DNA from: Vicugna vicugna | Lineage: Eukaryota | Assembly: GCA_013265495.1 (NCBI GenBank) | Contig: MU058748.1 | Coordinates: 248,001 to 312,000, forward strand | DNA: 64,000 nt | Direction: 5' to 3' | Shown: positions 37,701 through 50,599 of the stretch, piece after piece | How the letters are laid out: each line of letters opens with the position of its first letter | Numbering within the stretch: position 1 is the stretch's first letter | The notes under the pieces: model-generated | Database searches by the model: none | Seen by the model: only the letters and a program-made list of their open reading frames with translations | What the model was told of the DNA's origin: nothing | Translations under genes and position numbers: made by a program

Positions 37701-39314
37701 TTTGAACCATGTAAATCCTTTACTCCTAATGCAAATTGATAAAGTTTGGGCACGTGCCACAACACCAGCCAATTCACATACTGTTTAGTGACCCAAAACC
37801 TTAGGTATATGGTTTTTCTAAAGATGATGAGCTGAATCAAGCAAAACCCATTTTTCAGCAATTTGAACTGACAAGTGCAGGGATCTTGCCAGTTATATTT
37901 AGGAACAAAAATATAAGGTCCTTTTCCAAAGAGAGCAAGAAGTGGCGTGGAAAGGGATAATGGATCAGAAGAAAAAGGAAAATTTGAGAAAAGAGAAAAA
38001 GATATTTGGTAAAGGAAGGAGAATGAAACAGAAGGAGAAAAGCAAAAGGAGAGAAAGATTAGTCTGTAAAGATGTTACCATTTTATTCCAATTTCTATCC
38101 CGAAGTAACGTTAGGGTAAAATTTTTGTCTGAGATGGTGTAGATAGATATCCATTTCTCACAGTTGTAGAGGATGTATATTTTAGTCCAATTCAGCTAAA
38201 GATACCTTTTAATTCTTAATTTTAGTAAATTATCTTGATTCTGCCATCAAGAATATCTCCTTCCAAGCTAGCTGTAAACTCAAATTGAGTTTATTGTTCT
38301 CCTTTACTTTCACCCAACTTCATCTGCTTAGAAGGTGCTATGGGAAAACAGTTTGTTCCCTCCTGCGTGGTCCTTTACATTTCTGTGTCTCTGGTCTTCC
38401 CGTTCTGCTTTTGGAGTGTAGGAAATTTGAGTGAGAGATGCAGTGTTCTACAAGGGCGGAACCTTCTAGAAGCAGCGTGCAGCCCTCCTTAAACTCTGAG
38501 CTCCTCTCATTTCCCTGGGGAGGAAACGGAACCCAGGCTTCTGCTACTGCTTGTTCAGAAACCGACCTTTCCTCTTTCTCATATCCAGAACTTTGTCTTC
38601 CTCAGCTTATTTCTTCTCGAAGGCTCATTTCATGTCTCTTAAAGAAGATGAAGGATACTGGGATAGTCTGTTTACTGAGTATGTTGTATCATGAGACAAG
38701 GAGAGAGGCTGCTTCTGCTTTCAGTCCTGCCAAAACCGCTGTAGCAAGAAATCACACAACCTGACTATTTGTTTAAAATACACAAGAATTAATATTATTG
38801 TGCAAATGAGTCTGACTTACAAAGTCTATGGGCTTTGTCATAGTGAGGTATTTATGGTAGATTCTGTGGTCTAACAATTTCTCTGATTCCTAGAATTTGG
38901 GGGGGGGAGAAAAAGCAAAAGACAAACTATACATAAAACTAAATGCTTTATAACACTTTATTTTTATGTGCTCTTATATAATGTACAGTTTATTTAGTTA
39001 ATTTAAAAAATTATTTACCAATTTTATTAATCTTATAAGTACTCTAAACAAATGTGAAAAGTGTATATAATCTTGGGGTTCATTCGGAAAACAAAAGAGT
39101 GGTAGAAGTAAGCCACTGACAAAAATATAAATAAAAATTGACTCAGCGAAAGCATTTTACCTTTGCCATTAACCAGATACACAGTCAAGTAAAGGGACAA
39201 GTTTGACTTCATTGATGTGTTTGTTTTCTGACCTGGCTGGTATTAGTATCAATACTACTAATATTCTAATCATAATCAAATCTAAATTATAATACACATT
39301 TTTGTCAATACAAA

Positions 39315-39458
39315 ACAGGTTGCTCATTTATAAAATGTAAATAATAATAGTACCAATTTCATAAGATGGTTGTGAAAATTATACAAGTTGATACATACAA
39401 AGGACTTAGAATATTTATTAAAATAAGAAATATTCAATAAGTACTTGTATTATTAGTT
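39315..39458 (+). mobile_element. MIR 3' half
   Basis: CTCATTTATAAAATGTAAATAATAATAGTACC...GGTTGTGAAAATTA...TTCAATAAGTACTTGTATTATT. Confidence 0.7.
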
Positions 39459-40444
39459 TGACAAATGCCTTCTTATTAAATACCCTATTTCATATCATCC
39501 CAATTTGTCATTGAGTATAACAGTGACTTATTTTCATAAATATTGTAGCTGCAGCTAATTATTTCTTAGACATTATGATTTCTATTGCTTATGGTTCTTT
39601 TAAAAGAGTTTTCACATAGAGTAAATGCTTACATTAGGTAAGTACATATTATTGATCATAGGAGCAGTAGAGCATTATAGTGGCCTTTGACCCTGGAAGA
39701 TGCAGCTCTTAAAAAAATAAAGACATGATTTTATACCAAGGGTATGATACCTCACGTGTATTATTAAGCAATAAATCTCTACTATTTGGCTAATCAACTT
39801 TAACTTTAAAGCTTTGGTGTGACGGAATGAACATGTGAACATGAATATAAAGCCAGTAAAGCTCTACCATAGAGAAAAACAAAACAGAGAAAATGAGATT
39901 GCAAATTCCATGAATTTCAGAATACTGCAGTCTTTTGGCAAACTGTAGTCTAAAAGGATGACAATCGTAAAATGTATTTGAAGTGATTAGTTGACTAAAC
40001 TTATCAGATCAGCCCCTAATTCTTAGGCACTGAAGAATCCTTAACTTTTTTCAATCCCGAGAATTAAGGTGTTTATTAACATTTGCCTGAAACATAAATT
40101 CTATGACTTCATCATCACAGTTCGTGTTGCCATCCATAAAATAAATCTTTCCACTTTATTTTTCTATTTGGGAGAATAAGATGTTTGATATTCTGATTTG
40201 TTTAAACTAACTATCAATTGATTAAGTAACGTTCTTATTTCTTGGGAAGAAACATAACTGATACAAAATTTGTTGTACACAGATATATTGTGTTCTTGAT
40301 TTTCATGATGATGTTTTACTACAAATTATCTTGTAAGACACTAGTACCATGAAGATGAATGAATTTTTATATGATTACTGCATGTACTTCAGAACATCAC
40401 AAATACCGACTGAGAAGAGACTAGCATGAGACAGCTTCCCATCA

Positions 40445-40584
40445 TAAGGTGATTAGATATTTTATCATCAAAACCAGGATAATTTTAAGAATGTAGGGGA
40501 TATGAAAACAATTACAATAGTGCTACAGGTATAAACCAATATTTTCACATGTAAAGAGGGTCGTATGGTCTTTTGGTCACTCTA
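40445..40584 (+). mobile_element. MER81 (hAT-Blackjack MITE)
   Basis: Termini TAAGGTGA...TGGTCACTCTA; internal TTTATCATCAAAACCAGGA and CAGGTATAAACC. Confidence 0.7.
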
Positions 40585-40629
40585 GCAGTAAATGTAAAAA
40601 TACATATAAAATACAAAAAGTACCTGAAA

Positions 40630-40780
40630 TTATATATACTCTGCTATGTTGGTATATATATATATATGTACACATACTGGTAAATACATATTATGCAATA
40701 CCCATAAATATACATAATATAACTATATGTATAATATGAATGTATATAGGTGTGTGTATATATATATACTCTGTATACAT
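40630..40780. repeat. TA-rich low-complexity/microsatellite
   Basis: Interrupted (TA)n runs. Confidence 0.75.
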
Positions 40781-40924
40781 TTTTTACTATTTATATGTTC
40801 AATTAATACTGAGTGGAAGAAAAAATATGGTCTAATTCAAGTTATGAGTTGCTTTTGTACAGTGCTCTATTGAATTGAGCAGCTGGAGGCAGTTCTTTTA
40901 TTTTTCCCTTTTACAAAAACAACT

Positions 40925-42050
40925 TTTTAATTTTAATTTTTTTAAAATTTGATTATTAATTTTTATTGAATTATAGTCAGTTTACAATTTTCTGTCAATT
41001 TCTGGTGTACAGCATAAAGTTTCAGTCATACATATACATACATATATTTATTTTCACATTATTTTATAGGTTACTGTTAAGATACTGATAAACATGTTTA
41101 TTTCCTATATCTGTGAATCTGTTTTTATTTTGTAAGTAAGTTCATCTATGTCTTTTTTTTTTTAGATTCCACATATTAAGTGATGTCATATGTAGTTTTT
41201 CTTTCTCTTTCTGGCTTACTTCACTTAGAATGATGATCTCTAGGTCCATCCATGTTGCAGCAAGTGGCATTATTTTATTCTTTTTTATGGCTGAGTAGTA
41301 TTCTGTTGTGTAGATACACCAACACTTCTTTATCCAGTCATCTGTCGATGGACATTTAGGTTGCTTCCAAGTCTTGGCTATTGTAAGTAGTGCTGCTATG
41401 AACATTGGGGTGCATGTATCTTTTAGAGTTAGAGTTACCTCTGGATCTATACCCAGAAGTGGGATTGTTGGATCATATAGTAAGTCTGTTTTTAGTTTTT
41501 TGAGGAATCTCCACACTGTATTCCATAATGGCTGCACCAAACTACATTCCCACCAGCAGTGTAGGAGGGTTCCCTTTTCTCCACACTCTCTCCAGCATTT
41601 ATTGTTTGTGGACTTTTTAATCATGGCCATTCTGACTGGTGTGAGGTGATATCTGATTGTAGTTTTTATTTGCATTCCTTTCATAATTAGTGATATTGAG
41701 CATTTTTCATGTGCCTATTGGCCATTTGTATGTCTTCACTGGAGAACTGCTTATTTAAATCTTCTGCTTATTTTGGGTGTTTTTTTTTTTTTTTTTTGCT
41801 ATTAAGTTGTATGAGCTATTTGTGTATTCTAGAGATTAAGCCCTTGTCAGTCACACTGTTTGCAAATTTTTTTTTCCATTTTGTAGGTTGTCTTTTTGTT
41901 TTGTTTATAGTTTCCTTTGCTGTGCAAAAGCTTATATGTTTAATTAGATCTCATTTATTTATTTTTGCTTTTATTTCTGTTGCCTGGGTAGACTGCCCTA
42001 AGAGAACATTGCTAAGATTTATGTCAGAGAATGTTTTGCCTATGTTTTCT
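40925..42050 (-). mobile_element. 5'-truncated L1 (artiodactyl/camelid type), ORF2 C-terminal 180 codons open
   Basis: ORF 41142-41684 [17 protein letters not shown]...[18 protein letters not shown]...[18 protein letters not shown]-rich tail at left. Confidence 0.95.
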
Positions 42051-42769
42051 TATTTATGTTTCTAATAAGATTTCCCTGGGAGAAAAGCCCTTTTCATAGT
42101 CAAACTGTGGGGGGAGTAGAATGTAATCATATTATACTAATATTTATTTCTCATTTTACTTCTTTCCATGTACTAAAATTTTTTTCACCTATGTAAATCA
42201 ATATAAGTAGAAAATCATTTTATAAACTAGAAGCTGAGAAGTCCCCAATTTCTACTTTCTAGTCTAGTCAACCATCCTTTATATAAAATGGCTTTGGAAC
42301 AGTTTGTGATTTTGTTCATAGTTTTCTAGATGAGTTCTAGCTTATCAGTGCTATTTTTCATATCTGACCTGAAACTATTTGTGAAACTTTTGATGTGATA
42401 TGAATAATGCAGCATAGGAGCTTACGCCTCCTTTGTTTATATGTTGATCAATGCAACTAAAAATTGCATTAACATTTTGGTGTCCCCATTATGCTGCTTA
42501 AGTACATCATCTCATGGTGATTAAACCCTTGAATCTTGTTTCTTCCTGTTCCAGTGTATAAACTAGCATCCACCATCCAGCAGTCCTGTGTCTGGCTCCT
42601 TGACCCAAATGTGGGATGTGCCAACTCTTTGTTAAATTCTTTCTTCTGCCTTCTTAGAGTGTTTTTATTGTCATCACTACCTCTTCAACTTCATGTCCCT
42701 AGAAAATGTAAATCAGTGTACCTTCTGCATATTTCTAAAAGTCACAAATAAACACTAAAAAAATCAAAT

Positions 42770-43087
42770 CCTTTGGTAACCATGAATTTGTTTTTACATC
42801 TGTGAGTCTGTTACTGTTTTGTAAATAAGTTCATTTGTGTCATTTGGGGGCAGGAGGGATAAATTGGGAGTATGGGATTAGCAGATACAAACTACTATAT
42901 ACAGAATAGATAAATAATAAGGTCCTACTGTATAGCACAGAGAACTATATTCAGTAACTTGTAATAACCTATAAGAAAAATAATGTGTGTGTATGTATAT
43001 GTGCATATAAAATTTAATCACTATGCTATATCCCAGAAACTAACACAACATTGTAAAACAACTATACTTCAATAAAATTTTTTAAAA
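42770..43087 (+). mobile_element. Short L1 3' end with 5' inversion (42770-42845 inverted, 42846-43087 sense)
   Basis: Inverted part is the reverse complement of AATGACACAAATGAACTTATTTACAAAACAG...ATGGTTACCAAAGG; sense part continues GGGGGCAGGAGGGATAAATTGGGAG...CTATACTTCAATAAAA. Confidence 0.88.
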
Positions 43088-43098
43088 GTCCTAAAACA

Positions 43099-43570
43099 AT
43101 GGAATACTATTCAGCCATAAAAAAGACAACATAATGCCATTTGCAGCAACATGGACGTTCCTGGAGAATGTCATTCTAAGTGAAGTAAGCCAGAAAGAGA
43201 AAGAAAAATACCATATGAGATTGCTCATATGTGGAATCTAAAAAATTTTTTTAAATGAACATAAATGCAAAACAGAAACAGACTCATAGACATAGAATAT
43301 GAACTTGTGGTTGCCAAGGGGGTGGGGGTAGGAAGGGACAGGCTAGGATTCCAAAATTTGTAGATATTGACAGGCATATGCAGAATAGATAAATAAGATT
43401 ATACTGTATAGCACAGGGAAATATATACAAGATCTTGTGGTAGCTCACAGAGAAAAAAAATGTGACAATGAATATATGTATGTTCAGGTATAACTGAAAA
43501 ATTGTGCTCTACACTGGAATTTGAAACAACATTGTAAAATGACTATAACTCAATAAAAAATGTTAAAAAA
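43099..43570 (+). mobile_element. Young L1 3' fragment (L1-1_Vpa-like) with TSD
   Basis: Reverse complement of the 24.8 kb element's 3' end; TSD AAAAGTCCTAAAACA (43084-43098) / AAAAATCCTAAGACA (43571-43585). Confidence 0.93.
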
Positions 43571-44039
43571 AAAAATCCTAAGACAGCCTTCTAACATACT
43601 ACTGGGCATCTATACCTGGGCTGATTTCAAACCATTAGTAAATGCCTTTAGATACGTTTTTCACCCTACCTGAAGTATGCTCTTTTAGATTGGGAAGACT
43701 AATAAAGGACAGAACTATGTCTCTTGCCGCAGTGTAATTATAAATTGGAAGAAGAGAGGAATATACCAAAAGTGCTCTAGTATTCTTTAGTTCTGTACTC
43801 AAGATGTCATGATTTCCATATCCATGTTTCTGCATTGCTAAACAATGAGTCATTAAGTATCAAAAGTGCTTTCTCCCTGCATGGGTACCAGGTTCTGTTT
43901 TATGAAACTTTCCATGTTTTCTTCTTTAATAAGCTACAGCATATGCTCTTGAAACATAAACATGGTATAATACGTGTTACTTGTTTTCGGAAGTGCTGTG
44001 TTTCATTTCTTGTTAATCAGTATTGTATATTAAATTAGC

Positions 44040-44560
44040 TTGGGCAAAACAGAATCACTGGGTCATGGACTACAAGGTGTCTTTGGTAAAGACCAAAATC
44101 TCAGGATGAGGAGGCTTATAGCTTGGCCTCAGAATCGACTGGTGGCAAGACTTCAATGATACACAAGCTGTGTGCCTCTCTAAATTCCGTATTGGTTTCT
44201 TTTGTGTCCTTGTGGGCTTTATTTTCCGTTTCGTTGGAGAACGGCTTTTTCCAGACAGTGAGAGAGATGCATGCTTACCATTTCCACTTGTTAATTTTAT
44301 ATCCTGCAGTTTCAGCCATAGGAGAGGGGCTTTTTTCCTTTCTTTTCTTTTTTTTTTTTTTTCCTTTTCTTTTCCTTTCTATCAATGCCAAGGAGGAAGG
44401 GGGAAGCAAGGAAGGAAGATGGGAAGGAAGAAAGGGAAGGAGGAATATAGAAAATGTAAAAAGTCTGCTGGTTGGTCTGTTGTGGGTGAAATGACTACTC
44501 TAGTTTTATCAAACTGGACTTTATGAGCAGGGGGAGGAGAACACAATAGACATGCTGGTG
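44040..44560 (-). mobile_element. Old MaLR LTR (MLT1-type) interrupted by T-rich/GGAA low complexity
   Basis: GCTTGGCCTCAGAATCGACTGG...GGCTTTATTTTCC...CTGGTTGGTCTGTTGTGGGTGAAATGACTACTC. Confidence 0.45.
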
Positions 44561-44857
44561 AAGTCTGAGACCAGAGAAGCAGTTTCGTATTCCTGACTCT
44601 TGGTTTGATTCCTCTGAGCTCATCACTGTTCTGTGGGGTTACAGACAATTTTTCTTGTCTAAATAATTCTCTCTATGGAAAGATTCACATTTCTTATTCT
44701 CCGGAGCCTTTATTTCCTTCTTCCAATTTACTCCACTCTTCTATTTTATTTTTCATTTTATCTTCTGAAATGTTAATTAAATTTTCATCTTTAAGACTCT
44801 CCATGTTCCTTATTTTGTCTATAAGAACACATTTTGTCTTAAAACTTCTGAAACTTT

Positions 44858-45093
44858 GGAGATTCTCAACTGGAAGCCATTCCACCCTAAGGGATAAGGG
44901 TATTTGGCCATGTGTGGAGAGATTTCTTTTGCTGTTAGAACTGGTGGGAGTGGGGTGGGGACAGGAGGTTGCCACTAATGTCTAGCAGGTAGAGTCCAGA
45001 GATGATGCTAAACATCCTACGATACATAGACCAGTTCCTCACAAAAAGTTATCTGGGCCAAAATGTTGATGGTACTGAGGTTGTGAAAACTTG
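44858..45093 (+). mobile_element. MER20 (hAT-Charlie)
   Basis: TTCTCAACTGG...TTTGGCCATGTGTGGAGAGATT...GGTAGAGTCCAGAGATGATGCTAAACATCCTAC...CCAAAATGTTGATGGTACTGAGGTTGTGAAA. Confidence 0.88.
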
Positions 45094-45159
45094 TTCTCTA
45101 AAATATAAAAGCACTTCTAAAATTTTGATGCAAAAATCAACAAAAATGAACCCACTTCA

Positions 45160-45265
45160 TAGTCACTGAATCGTAAAATTAGGATGGGCATGGAGGCCTG
45201 AGAATTTGTTGTTTTAACAAGCTTCTCAGATGATTCTTAATCATTGTAAAGTTTTAAAACTATTA
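45160..45265 (+). mobile_element. MER5-family right half
   Basis: ACTGAATC...GGCCTGAGAATTTGTTGTTTTAACAAGCTTCTCAGATGATTCT. Confidence 0.65.
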
Positions 45266-46794
45266 ACTTCTAGGAAGTTCTATAAGCAGCGCCCTTTCTC
45301 AGTGTGAGAGAAGTTGCATTTGGAGCACAAGCCATCTTCAAAGCTTTTTTTTAGGTTTAGATAAAAAAAATTATTCATACTTCATAATTACCTTTGGTAG
45401 TTGGCCTGAATAACAATAATAACAAATTGTGTATTTCCTGTTTGATCTCACTAGTGTTTCAGAACTGCTATTAATGCTTTGCTCTTGACTTGTATAAAAA
45501 TATCTTTTTTAAATTGCTTGATAACCACAAGCAAATTAGTATCAATTTTCACTATGCAATGCCAACCTCTAATAGCCACCAGTGAATCACCCAGGAAAGA
45601 GAAAACCTTCTGAAGATTTTAAGATACCACATACTTTTCTTCCCTTTTCGTCCCTTACTAATCTCTCCTAATCAGTGAACCCTAAACAGTTTTCTGTTAA
45701 TTTTGAAGTCACTTTTGTCCTTTTACTCTCCGACACTCACACGCCTCATGCAATTTCTCTCTCTCCATTTCTCCAGTTTTTAATAAGACAGTGGTGCCAG
45801 ATCCCACACCTCACCAGGAAGTAGGTCCATTGGGAGATCATTGATTACAAGATCTATAAGTTGAAAGGAAGAAGAAATGGAGCAGTACTTCTGCATTTTG
45901 TCCCTCTTCTTGAGAATCAGAGCAAATGGCAAAAAAAAAAAAAAAAAGGCTATATATTCATAGGAGCAACTGAGACCTAGTAACAGATTGAAATCCATTA
46001 CTTGAAGGTTTAGATGGCCTAAATAGAAATTAACTTTTTTTAATCACATATTTCAGGTTTTTATTAATGACAGTATTTTTTAAAAATGATGACAGTTTTC
46101 TGACAATCTGTGAAGTGTAATCTATTAGTACTTACATTTTAAAGTATAGGATATTGTACATAAATTATCATCTACAATTTTAGCACCAGGGATATTCTCT
46201 ATATAGCCATATTTTGAAAATACCTTTGCTCCAAATTGAAATTACTGCAAAATAAGTTGATAATTGAGGTTCATTTTGGTATTTGAGTGTGTCAGATTTT
46301 TCAAGTATTTTGGAAAAACTAGACAGTCAGACCCCCAGGTTGAGGATCACTACTCCCTGCAGAAATGGAAACAGTGAAATATAATGCAGAGAGATAACCA
46401 TAAAGTTAGAGAAACCTAACTGTGCACATCAAGGAAACAAGAAACTGCGTTATCCAGAGTCACATATCTGGCAATTCAGTTACTAACATGTGCACAATGA
46501 ATATTTGTAAACCCAGGGGCTTAGTTAGCATGCTATGTGATGAGCCACAAATATAAATGCCAATTTTGGGGAGTAAAATTATTTTTAAAGGATTAAAAAT
46601 GAAAGGAACACAAGTTTTCATGATGTATTTCAGAATAAATAGGGGACTGGAAAATCTTCCAGTTTACATGGACTGTTTATAGTCTTCCCCCTCCACACAC
46701 AAGATCCCCAAGTTTTACCTTCCTTTTACGTTTAAGACTAATTCATTAAAAAGCTAGAAAAATTGCCATTAACCTTTTATGATTTCCTTTAGCT

Positions 46795-48060
46795 TTGTTT
46801 TTTGAAATATATAAAAATATTCAACATGCACAGAAATAGAGTAATATAAAAATCTCCAGTGTACCTTTCCCCAGCCTCAACAATTTAATAGTTATCTTCT
46901 CATGGAAAATCTTGTTTTTTCATTATCTATCCAAATGTGTTGTTTTCAAGCATATTCCAGACATTATGTATTTTCTCTAAATATCTAAAAGATAAAAATT
47001 CTAGAGAATAACTTTAGTTATATCACATTAAAAGTATTAACAATTGTTTCTTTTTAAAAAAAATACTGGCTTTTTATCATTAAAGGTGTTAATTAGGCAA
47101 TAGGGACAGTCCTCTGAACACCTGAGAGTAACAATTAGGTCAAAGCAGCATCTGTGCTTCTGTGATGGAACTTTGAGGAAGGCTTTCTTAATAGCAGAGC
47201 ATAAAATGTCAACCAAACTAACCAGTGCTCAGTTTTCCCCAGTTGCCTCCGGAATTCCGTTGACTTCTTGTGGTTAAAAGAAGCCCACACATTTTACTTG
47301 ATCGTCTTTCCCTGCCATTTAATGTATACCCTCCTTTTTTTCTTGAGGTTATGTGTTGAGAACAAGCACACACAAAAAACTCAGTTGTTCTATAGAGTTC
47401 TGTATATTTTGAGTTTTGCTGATTGTAGTCACGCTCCCCTCTATTTCCTATAGATTAGTTAACTATTGCTTTGACTCAAAGTTCTTGGTTTTTTCATTTC
47501 TTTGCAGAAAGCTTTGTTCTGTGGTATTGGTTACTTGCACTGGGAGTCACATAAATTCTGGGTTGCTTCTCTTCTTGTTCTGTTAAAATTATAACTGGGT
47601 TCAGTTGGCTTTATCATGATCTGTCCATTACGAAGTTCTGTATTTTTACTTTCTATTTTTAGCTGTTTTATTTTGCTGTAGACTAAAAGTGGTGACATTC
47701 TACTTATCTTACCTCTTATTTATTAACTTGCAAAGGTACATTTCTTCAAGAAATGAATTTTCATCCTCAATAATTATCTCAGGATACATTTTACACAAGC
47801 AGAACAGGATATGTTTTACTCTTAACCTTTGTTTACCATTTTTGTGATTAATGTTTTCATTTCTTAGCATTCTCCAAAATGAACATTAAGATCTGACTTT
47901 AGTGTCAGTTTGAAGTCATAAACTTTAGCTATTTTAATTCACTGCAGTCGTTACTGTAATTGACACACAGATTGCGACGTCTTTGGCTAACGGGAAGTCC
48001 TCTGCCTGTTCCCATTTGAATCAGGTAGTTTTCTCTGATACCTGGCTTTTGGTTTAAATC
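46795..48060 (-). mobile_element. Ancient L1 3'UTR (L1MC4/5-like)
   Basis: CCCAGCCTCAACAATT...TCAAGCATATTCCAGACATTATG...GTTGTTCTATAGAGTTC...GAGTTTTGCTGATTG. Confidence 0.65.
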
Positions 48061-50599
48061 TTAAATAATATTAAATGCCCATTATCTGCCATCATATGTG
48101 AGACCTGGCAAACATTGTTTAACGAACAGTGAAAGTGTCATATTTAATTTTTAAATAAAAGATGTGCATCTCCACTACTTTTTGCTACCCTTATTGTCAA
48201 TACAATAAGGCAAGAGTAAAAGAATCAAGTTTCACAAATAATTTATAAAAACATTGTTCTTCACAAATATCAAGTGGAAAATATGTCACTTAATTCTATT
48301 TATTCTTAGAAGTTCAGATCCCCTATAGTGACTGTAAATGACAGCTAGTTTTGATGTAAACCTCCCATGTCTTGAATGTTCACGATTATTTATTTTTCAG
48401 GTCATCATCACTTTCTTCTTGCATTCCCCTTCCTTTGTCATAGAATTCTGTGATATTGAATGTGTAAATTATACTCTAAGGGCTGTTGACTGTATTACCA
48501 TCTCTTCAATCCCATTATCTGTCAGTATTGCTTTACCCACTTTCAAATCAAGAGTTTCAAGATCTTTATGAGGAGGGCGCTTTGCTCTTGAAAGAGGCCA
48601 CATTTTCAGGTCTTATGGGAGTTGTGGAAGAGTTAGCTCTACAGCCCCAGTTTCTTTCTAGAGACCTACCCTGCTAGCTTCTCAATAAAAAAACTGTTTC
48701 ATTGTTTTGCTTGACTGTTTTCTATCAAAGGGCACTCTTATGCACTTTTGTGGACTGTCAGAAGGATTCTCAAAGCTCTTTGCTTTAGGTTTTCCAAGAG
48801 ATTTCATAGAAAGTACGTTAAGTTTTTGGAATAGATACACATTAGCTTTCAGTCCTTTCCAAAAATCTGTTTATCATTCCCAAACTAAAAATTATAGTAA
48901 TCTCCAGAACATTAAATATGTTAATGATTTTGAGATGATAAAAGTCGATCTAATGTACATGTTAAGGTCATAGTTGATGAAATAGTCTCGTGTATGGCAC
49001 ATGTCACCTAAAGTAGTACTAATGGTTCTCAAACATTTCAGTAAGGAATACCCAAAATTATAATTCTGAATTGTGTAACCTATATTTTGGCAGAAAGCAG
49101 ATAGTGATACCAGTTATTTATTGTTTCTGGGAGGGAAGTTCTAAAAATATGTGTGGGAAAAATTGAGGTGAAAAAGAAATATTATTTTTAGCATCACTTT
49201 TGTCTAGAAAAGAGAATTTCTTAAACACTGAGTATGATGGACAAAATATTAGTAATAATTATATTCAATGACATTGAATAAGACAATGGAAATGCTTCAC
49301 ATCCTTCAAAATTTCTTAAGTCCATATAGCATTTTGGGGAGGTCAGAATGAACACTTGAGCTAAACTAAAGCTGAGAGTGTACACTCAGATTTTATATAG
49401 AGAGAAATCAATCAGCCTCACTTATTTTCATTCATAATACAGAATCTTTTTTTCCATTAGGAATGGAAAGCTAAGCTTTTCTGGTATTCTTTGACGTGAA
49501 CCCTGTAATAATATGATGAGTCACACATGGACAGTTTTTATGAAGGGCCTATGTGATTATACGCAGGGAACAATTGTAAATCTGTCATGTAAAATACATG
49601 GAATTGCTTAATTTGTTTTTTAAAATAACAGCTATAATTTGCAGATAATGTATTAGGACTTGACAACCCTATACATTTATACTCCAGTGAAAATGCATGT
49701 CAAAACCATAGAAGGCAATTAAAAAACATTTTATTATTTGGGAAAAGAAAAAAATCAATCACCGCTGCCACTAAATCTAAAATAGTTTAGAAATTATAAT
49801 ACCTCATTATAGTGATCTTTTATTAACAATGTTCTTTTCATTTGCTAAATGGGCTCTATATGTATGTATAAGTTTTATTAGTGCCACTCTTTATAATGTT
49901 GTCCAGTGTGGAGCAGACAATACTGTTTCTCAGGTAAATACAGCTTTTTTTTGGCTCTTTAGAGATCTGAAAAACCTAGAATCATATATGAATCCCTGAA
50001 ATAACTAGGCACTAAACATGAAATTATATATTTTGAACTCAACTATTAGAAGAAATTTAATCACTGAAATAGTAAATATATACATTTCTTAAGCGATGTG
50101 AATCAGTGAAATAGCAGTTTATAATATGGTCATTACCTTATGAGATACCCACACCAAAGTCCGTACTGCAGTACCAAAACAGATACTTGCCACAGTATTG
50201 GGTCTTGGGAAGATACAGTAAGATAACCATATATCTGTCTGCCTTTTGTGTAGAAAAAAAGTTAAATTCTTGGATGGCATGGGCTTGTTGTAGTTACAAC
50301 TGTGTGATTATTCTGTATTTTCCATTTAATTTTGTATTTTAAAAAATTATATTATGGTGATATCCCATTATTGTTTATAAATCTCTCCCTTCTTTGGGGA
50401 TCTCTACCTTCTCTGGAGGCTTCCATGTCATTGGTAGATGATAAGGTTGAATAAACCGGAGTACATTTTTGAGGATAACCCATGTCTAATTTAGTTGTCC
50501 CTCAGTTTGATCCCTTAACACTCTGAATTTTTCTCAGTAATTGTTCCTTATTTCCCCAAATACCTTGTCATTTTTATGGAATTAGTGCTCTGTATGTAC

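Noticed and set aside
38438..38764. 108-aa ORF in unique DNA
   Set aside because: No recognisable domain or gene structure; length compatible with chance
44123..44985. Cluster of overlapping 88-126 aa ORFs
   Set aside because: Arise from low-complexity T/GGAA tracts, a MaLR LTR and MER20
4957..50176. Palindrome TACTGCAGTA at 4957, 33981 and 50164
   Set aside because: No shared flanking context or regular spacing; post-hoc pattern
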